A stretch of DNA of 24,186 nt from positions 1 to 24,186 of IMG/VR virus record IMGVR_UViG_3300027774_000011. One strand, given 5' to 3'. The notes under the pieces were generated by a model. The model had not been told where the DNA came from and made no database searches. It saw only the letters and a list, made by a program, of their open reading frames with translations. This DNA is from a virus. Lineage: Duplodnaviria > Caudoviricetes. The position numbers and the translations under genes are program-made. Of the stretch, positions 18,878 through 24,186 are shown piece by piece; the first letter of the stretch is position 1; the number at the start of each line of letters is the position of its first letter.

Positions 18878-19301
18878 GGCAAAATTCTATAAATGTTACA
18901 TTGTTCGGCCCATGTTTTAACTTACGTAAAAACTTGAAGCCAAGAAACTTCAGCAGTTTTAAATGTGCTGTGTTTCTACTATCAACTATATTCCAAAGGA
19001 GTCGCTCTTCGCGGCTATCGACATACCGCTTCGCTTCTCTTGCGAATGTAATTGGGTATCGGTGTATATCAGGAGTGCATAGCATCCATATATCACCATC
19101 TTCTCCTACTCCGGCCATGCCAGCAGTCTTGCCGTCAGGCACTGTGAAATACACGTAGGATGAGTTGTGATCCATCAAAAGAGGTAGAAGGGTAGGATCT
19201 ATCCCGTGACCTTCTTGTACCTCTCTGAGGTCGTCTGGACGGAGATTAGAGGCCACCTCTTTAGCAGCCTCCAATGTGAGTGGGTGTATGTATTTAGACA
19301 C
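18861..19301 (-). CDS. gp13-like internal virion/assembly protein (acetyltransferase-like fold)
   Basis: LR.DD.REV...G, IWMLCT, LWN.VD.RN..H.KLLKFLGF motifs. Likely start is GTG at 19301, overlapping the gp12 stop. Confidence 0.85.
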   Translation of the reverse strand: MSKYIHPLTLEAAKEVASNLRPDDLREVQEGHGIDPTLLPLLMDHNSSYVYFTVPDGKTAGMAGVGEDGDIWMLCTPDIHRYPITFAREAKRYVDSREERLLWNIVDSRNTAHLKLLKFLGFKFLRKLKHGPNNVTFIEFCRVRRC

Positions 19302-22068
19302 GTTTGTAAAATCTGGGTGAAAAGTCTCCTTCCCAAGCCAATGCACGAAGCGTAGCTGGAGCGGGGTGTGATGATCTAAGTATTACATCGACATTTGTGT
19401 TTCTTTCATATACAGGTATAGTCTTAACGAACTCATCTAGGTATGGTGCATCAGATACATCGTATTCATCCATAACTGAAGATTCATATACTTCTACATA
19501 GTCAGGTTTACCAACACGCTTAAGTGTAGTTTCGTAAAGACCTATTTTACCGAAGTGTATTTTAATTCTATGTATTACTAATGATGCGTTTACATCAGCT
19601 CGGCTAGCGTTACCTTGCTGTCTAGTTGGATAGAATCTAGGAAACTTAACCTCGTATGGATAGATATAACCTATCACAAGAGTTGCTCCAGACCAGTTAC
19701 CCGGTAATGTAAAGCTTGTACCAGATACTGTGGGTTTAGCATATCTACCAACGCGTGACGCACTGGTGTTTGTGTCAATGACTACTAGATCGTGGTTTGG
19801 TGTAGTAACTGTATTTAGCCACCCCACACCACTGAAGGTGGTGATATTCGTAGTTGCGTTAAAGCTGCCACCGCTAACAGTAGTATGATTATCCACGTGT
19901 AATAAGAAATCTGTTTCATCTTGTACTATACTTGGATCGTTTGATGTTTGCACTAGCTTGATACTCTGTAAATAGTAATCACTATCTAAAAAGAAATACT
20001 CATCATTTATAATAAAATGATATGTTAATGGATTATTTAGTTTCCATTTAAACCATGCAGCTTGTTGTCGTTGCTCAGATACTTGAAAATACCTATAACC
20101 AAATACTTCATCTGATCCAGTTTTACTCATTAGTATTATAGAGTTTTCTCTGGAGTTAGTCAGTAAGTCTATATCTTTCGGTAATAGTGTAGGTACAACT
20201 TTACTAACGTCAACTATTGATGGTTCTCCTTCTCTTCGTATATTTGCCATTTCATTGAAACGACTAAACTTACCAGAGTTATCAATGTAAGCTATTGTAG
20301 TGCCTAGTGATATTGGAGCTATAGTTTCGTTATAATTAAAGGTAGATATACTTCTAAGCTTAGCTGTATCTGGGTTAAATACTGTATCGTCTGCTGCAAG
20401 TAAAAACTGTTGGTTTGTACTAAATATCAGTAAACCTGTGTTAGTCTCGATACCATCAAATAATTCTGATGGAAACATCGACGCGGCAGATATATCAACA
20501 GGGTCGCTAGCTGATACTGTGAGAGCTGTTTCTATAAAGAAGTCAGGGTTTCCTAATGATCCCGGGCGTGACGTTATTACGTTTTCTCCTGACAGGAGTG
20601 CTAGCCTGTTTCGGAAAAACAGTACTTTATTAATACGAGCCCCAACAAAAGACGGTAAGGGGTTAGTTAAATCATCACCGACCTCCCTATCTTTATATGT
20701 AAACTGCTTGACAGTAAATGTTGTAGTAGCTGTACGCTGTATAACCAGCGGCATGTTAGTTAAAGTTTTAGCTATACCCGGTTTCGCACACTCAGTCCAA
20801 GAGCCCACACCATCTTTGTTATTTTGACCGTCAAATCTAAGATAGTAGTCATCTTCATCTGCTCGTAGAGCGTTAGATACTTTTACTATATACCCATGTT
20901 TACACTGGTTAGGTAAGTTTTGAACATCGTTTATAGATGATTGAAAGCATCTCATCAAGTCTTCTTCTACAACATCGACGGTAAAAGGGTTAGCACTTGA
21001 TAGATATATACCTGTACCTATATGTTTACCTGTAATACCACTAGGTAAATCTGCTAAAATACCACCAATAATAGTGTCAGCTGTTACTGCTGTATCTGCG
21101 TCAAAAGGTGTAGGTTCTGGACGTATAAGACCGTCACCAGCTGATGAAACAGTTGCGTTAACTTGTGTAGATTCGTGATCTTCTACGCGTATAGTATAGT
21201 CAAAGTTTTGTGAAGCAGAGTCTAGTGTTACTGTAACAGTATCACCTGTAACCCAACCTTCCCCGCCATGTAGTAGGACGACTTCTCTGTTGTAGCTACA
21301 TCTATAGTTATTACCACCGGGGCCGTTTTGACTAGCACTATAGTTAGGACTAACACCTTGTTGTCCCAAAGTATTGATTCTAAATATTAGATTCTTTTTA
21401 GATCCTGAGTCTATACTAAACACCTGTGTACCGATACCGGGGCAGTGGCCTGTACCATCTGACTCGTCTAGTGTATCACTCTGTATCTTTATACGTGTAG
21501 CTCTGGTTACTGTTGTAACTGTTGTATTAGCACCGTGAATATTAAGGCCATACTGCCTTCCGTTTTCTGTACGTAGTAACTCTACGAACCCGAAGTGAGC
21601 ATCTGGAGTAGCATCTGTAGTTCCCGTTGTCCCAACGAGAGTGTTAGCATTAGAAGTATCACGGCTGTTAACAAAGGTGGTATCATTGATAGTAAGAAAT
21701 TGTAAGTTTTCTGGGTTGCTTGTTGCTAAATAGTTTTGTATAGCTGTTTGGCCTCCTGTGCCGTAAGCTGTAGTCATCTGTTGACCGTCACTACAACGCC
21801 ATACTCTTACCTGACCATCAGCTGCTACTTGACCTATGTAAGATCCTTCAGTCTTATCACGAAAATAATGAAACCACGAACCACCACTCTGTACGTTAGC
21901 TAGCTTGTCAGTTCCAATTCTTTTAGCACCCGGTCTTTTAAATAGACCTCTGGTTATATCTGGTATTGCGTTTGTTACCTCTGTTACCTGACCGGGAAAT
22001 TTTAGCTGGTCAGGCTGTTCTGACATTCCTAGTGAGTATTGAGGTATAGTTTGTGTAATGCCTGCCAT
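19294..22068 (-). CDS. Tail tubular protein B (gp12-like nozzle)
   Basis: GMSEQPD...N.IPD...GL.KRPG at the N-terminus, PSFVG..I....FFRNRL, Q.AW.KW, and C-terminal WEG. Confidence 0.95.
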   Translation of the reverse strand: MAGITQTIPQYSLGMSEQPDQLKFPGQVTEVTNAIPDITRGLFKRPGAKRIGTDKLANVQSGGSWFHYFRDKTEGSYIGQVAADGQVRVWRCSDGQQMTTAYGTGGQTAIQNYLATSNPENLQFLTINDTTFVNSRDTSNANTLVGTTGTTDATPDAHFGFVELLRTENGRQYGLNIHGANTTVTTVTRATRIKIQSDTLDESDGTGHCPGIGTQVFSIDSGSKKNLIFRINTLGQQGVSPNYSASQNGPGGNNYRCSYNREVVLLHGGEGWVTGDTVTVTLDSASQNFDYTIRVEDHESTQVNATVSSAGDGLIRPEPTPFDADTAVTADTIIGGILADLPSGITGKHIGTGIYLSSANPFTVDVVEEDLMRCFQSSINDVQNLPNQCKHGYIVKVSNALRADEDDYYLRFDGQNNKDGVGSWTECAKPGIAKTLTNMPLVIQRTATTTFTVKQFTYKDREVGDDLTNPLPSFVGARINKVLFFRNRLALLSGENVITSRPGSLGNPDFFIETALTVSASDPVDISAASMFPSELFDGIETNTGLLIFSTNQQFLLAADDTVFNPDTAKLRSISTFNYNETIAPISLGTTIAYIDNSGKFSRFNEMANIRREGEPSIVDVSKVVPTLLPKDIDLLTNSRENSIILMSKTGSDEVFGYRYFQVSEQRQQAAWFKWKLNNPLTYHFIINDEYFFLDSDYYLQSIKLVQTSNDPSIVQDETDFLLHVDNHTTVSGGSFNATTNITTFSGVGWLNTVTTPNHDLVVIDTNTSASRVGRYAKPTVSGTSFTLPGNWSGATLVIGYIYPYEVKFPRFYPTRQQGNASRADVNASLVIHRIKIHFGKIGLYETTLKRVGKPDYVEVYESSVMDEYDVSDAPYLDEFVKTIPVYERNTNVDVILRSSHPAPATLRALAWEGDFSPRFYKRV

Positions 22069-22724
22069 TATCTCCTTAGATTTCTGAATGGTTGATAAGT
22101 TCTATAGTGAGTTTCATCTTCAAAGCCCATCATACTATGATCTGCTTGATTGCACTCATACTCCATAAGAGCTGCACGAGATAGAGCCTCTTGCTGAGCC
22201 AGTAGTTTTACAAGCTGTGGGTTAGCAACAAGCTGTGTAGCTGCTGCTCTAGATGCCCTATATGTAATGTAACGTCTAAATTGTATAGGTAGCTCTTCAA
22301 ACGCATATAAACGTACAACATCTAAAAGTAAGTTGGTTTCAAATACATCTGTATGTTTTATTTTATCATATAGTTTACCGTTACGGCGTACTAGATCTTT
22401 ACTTCTATCAAAACGGTTATCGTGTAAATCCATAGATAGTATATCATCACCTATTAATATATTACCGTTTGCGTCTATAGGAAACTCTACATGTTTTTCT
22501 GTGTTAAAGTGCCATCCTTCTGCCTGCGTGTCTACGTTGGCATCGCGGAGCAAGTTAAAAATTATTGCTATTTCTGGGTTATCAAAAGGCGATACACCTT
22601 GTATAACTTGGCCTGCGGCGTTTTTTACCGTTCCTAAAGTTGTTACAGGTGCTTGACCTATAGCCCCCAGTATATTATTTACTGCGGACAGTTCTGTGTC
22701 GATGTCAATAGTTGTGGAAGCCAT
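22068..22724 (-). CDS. Tail tubular protein A (gp11-like adaptor)
   Basis: TELSAVN.IL.AIGQAPV, Q.EGWHFN.E, F..LP..FR.YI..RA. Confidence 0.95.
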   Translation of the reverse strand: MASTTIDIDTELSAVNNILGAIGQAPVTTLGTVKNAAGQVIQGVSPFDNPEIAIIFNLLRDANVDTQAEGWHFNTEKHVEFPIDANGNILIGDDILSMDLHDNRFDRSKDLVRRNGKLYDKIKHTDVFETNLLLDVVRLYAFEELPIQFRRYITYRASRAAATQLVANPQLVKLLAQQEALSRAALMEYECNQADHSMMGFEDETHYRTYQPFRNLRR

Positions 22725-22752
22725 AAGAAAAAAAGGGGAGCCGAAGCTCCCG
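22725..22752 (-). terminator. Intrinsic terminator after the major capsid gene (T-phi analogue)
   Basis: Minus strand GGGAGC-TTCG-GCTCCC followed by CTTTTTTTCTT: a C(UUCG)G tetraloop stem plus U-tract. Confidence 0.9.
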
Positions 22753-22763
22753 TATAAAGTGAA

Positions 22764-23915
22764 TTAACCAAATGCTGTTGGTTTTGTTGCTGTACCAGCG
22801 AATAGCTCGACGGCAGCAGCTGGGTTTAAGAAATCTGCACCCATAGCTAGACGACCTAAGATAACGTCTCCTTGGTATACCACTGAGATGTCTCCAGATG
22901 TTGTCTGAACTTGAGGGCCGATTGCCTCAACACATGCAGCAGCTTCCTTCTGGAAGATAAGTCCACAAGAGTTGTTGAACTTAGCCTGCTGACCGTAATC
23001 GTTTACGGTTACGTTGTGGTCATCACCCATAGCCTCTTCTACGAAGCTACCTGTGTTTCCGGGATCTGCTTTACCGGGGTTTGTTGCAGAACCTGTACCG
23101 TACTTAGTACCGAAGTTTCCGAAGAAAGGAATATTCATTGACTTGAAGATCTGGATTCCAGCGATCTCGATGATGCCTTGTCCTGACTGCAATGCGTCTC
23201 CTCTTTCGTTACGGTTGATTAAGCCGTTTGATTCTACGTTTTGTATAAGTGCGTAGTACTGTCTTGGGTTAAGTACAGCTACTCTACCGTCACCAGATAC
23301 GCCCTTCTCGTCTAACGCAGCAGCTGCATCATAGAACGCGTTGATTAATAATCCAGCGTCGTAAGCATCAGATGCGTTAGTTCCTGTTGTACCTACACGT
23401 ATTTGTGTTCCACCGGGCTCTACAAAGTTAGTCTTTGTAATTGGGTGTGCCTTACGTGCAGCTTTTGTGATAGCTCTGAAGATCTTTCTATCATACTGCT
23501 CTGCAAGAGCGTATCCGATCTTTCTAGAGATCTCACCTCTCAAGTCATAGTGTGAGAGTGTTTCATCTAGCTCATAAACAAAAGCTGAACTGATTAATAA
23601 ATCATCAACAGTTATTGTTTTTTCTGCTACTGGTGGTGCACCATCGTCGTTTCCTAAGATGCTTTTTCCGGGTGTATGATACTCGGCTTTTGTGCGTCCA
23701 GTATAGATGAACTGAAGACTCTTCCCGTTTGTAAGAGTTCTTCTCATAACAAGGTCACGTGCTATCGTGTTCCTTTGGAAGCCTTTGAACATCTCTCCTG
23801 AAAACAGTTTCAGGTAGAGGGCTCTGGCGTCGGTTCCCGGAGTACCGTTGGCGGTTCCGGAGTCAATACCACCTCTAAATAGAGAGGCGTTATTGCCTGC
23901 TGATTGTTGTGCCAT
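22764..23915 (-). CDS. Major capsid protein (T7 gp10-like)
   Basis: ALYLKLFSGE, RTL.NGKS.QF..TGR, EK.IT.DD.L, YDLR.E.S...G.ALA...D, and G..AMG...L.P.AA. Confidence 0.97.
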   Translation of the reverse strand: MAQQSAGNNASLFRGGIDSGTANGTPGTDARALYLKLFSGEMFKGFQRNTIARDLVMRRTLTNGKSLQFIYTGRTKAEYHTPGKSILGNDDGAPPVAEKTITVDDLLISSAFVYELDETLSHYDLRGEISRKIGYALAEQYDRKIFRAITKAARKAHPITKTNFVEPGGTQIRVGTTGTNASDAYDAGLLINAFYDAAAALDEKGVSGDGRVAVLNPRQYYALIQNVESNGLINRNERGDALQSGQGIIEIAGIQIFKSMNIPFFGNFGTKYGTGSATNPGKADPGNTGSFVEEAMGDDHNVTVNDYGQQAKFNNSCGLIFQKEAAACVEAIGPQVQTTSGDISVVYQGDVILGRLAMGADFLNPAAAVELFAGTATKPTAFG

Positions 23916-23944
23916 TTCTAAGAATGAATATTAGTTTACTTTTC

Positions 23945-24030
23945 TCAGATCTGAAATTTTTGGCCAGTTTTTTGTGGTCTATCCCACCGTCTAGACGGCT
24001 TAAGGTATCCTCCGTAGAGGGCAAAAGCCA
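23945..24030 (-). promoter_or_regulatory. Structured 5' leader of the capsid gene
   Basis: GGCTT...CCTC-TACG-GAGG...AAGCC stem with UNCG loop; palindromes CCGTCTAGACGG (23987-23998) and TCAGATCTGA (23945-23954); GTGG-GATAGA-CCAC hairpin. Confidence 0.5.
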
Positions 24031-24031
24031 A

Positions 24032-24082
24032 TAGAGTAGGGAGGAGTTGCACCTCCCAAGTCAACTATTTCTTGACTACTCT
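24032..24082 (-). other. tRNA-like mini-structure (7-bp acceptor-like stem plus T-arm-like hairpin)
   Basis: AGAGTAG(24082-24076)...GGAGG-TGCAACT-CCTCC-CTACTCT(24039-24033)-A. Confidence 0.5.
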
Positions 24083-24121
24083 TGTGTACTCAATGCCACG
24101 ATATACGTAGGTTACAGTCAT
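24065..24121 (-). CDS. 18-aa YRG-motif peptide (DUF4278-like 'downstream peptide')
   Basis: MTVTYVYRGIEYTRVVKK*; GGAG RBS at 24131-24128; directly follows the riboswitch-like RNA. Confidence 0.75.
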   Translation of the reverse strand: MTVTYVYRGIEYTRVVKK

Positions 24122-24137
24122 TGTAAACTCCATATAC

Positions 24138-24186
24138 CCAAGCCCCGTTCCATGCTTGGATCTCATGCGTCCCGAAGGATGAACGG
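24138..24186 (-). ncRNA. Glutamine-II riboswitch (Downstream-peptide motif)-like RNA; 5' end at the window edge
   Basis: Minus strand CCGTTCA-TCC-TTCG-GGA-CGCATGAGAT-CCAAGC-ATGGAACGGG-GCTTGG. The 5' CCGTTC can pair with loop GAACGG to form a pseudoknot, and a YRG peptide gene follows. Confidence 0.8.

Noticed and set aside
19302-19346. ATG start at 19346 for gp13
   Set aside because: Would overlap gp12 by 53 nt. GTG at 19301 next to the gp12 stop fits the coupling pattern better.
22753-22800. T7-style gp10A/10B programmed frameshift extension
   Set aside because: Only about 40 nt, including a terminator, separate the capsid stop from gp11, leaving no room for an extension domain.
721-23256. 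Numerous plus-strand and nested minus-strand ORFs in the track (e.g. 1128..1601, 13927..14523, 14977..15465, 20438..20827)
   Set aside because: Antisense or off-frame shadows of well-supported genes, with no recognisable motifs.
24032-24082. Functional tRNA gene or attP
   Set aside because: Too short, with no D or anticodon arm and no CCA, and no integrase in the window. Reported only as tRNA-like.

Overview
Late (morphogenesis and packaging) half of a T7-like podovirus, most likely a marine cyanopodovirus of the Prochlorococcus/Synechococcus P-SSP7 type. All real genes are on the minus strand. In transcription order (right to left) the window holds: a glutamine-II ('Downstream-peptide') riboswitch-like RNA with an 18-aa YRG peptide; a tRNA-like mini-element and a structured leader; the major capsid gene and an intrinsic terminator; tail tubular proteins A and B; internal virion proteins gp13-gp16; the gp17 tail fibre and a cassette of accessory fibre and chaperone genes; a block of small membrane or secreted proteins; terminase small subunit, two small HNH-related genes, an AT-rich 609-aa orphan and terminase large subunit; and a repeat-rich non-coding genome-end region, a host sigma70 promoter and the start of a probable first early gene. 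Best leads: (1) the riboswitch-peptide-tRNA-like RNA cassette directly ahead of the capsid gene; (2) the 609-aa two-part, effector-like orphan coupled into the packaging operon; (3) a membrane/secreted gene block at the lysis position with no recognisable endolysin or spanin. All calls come from motif recognition by eye; no searches were run.
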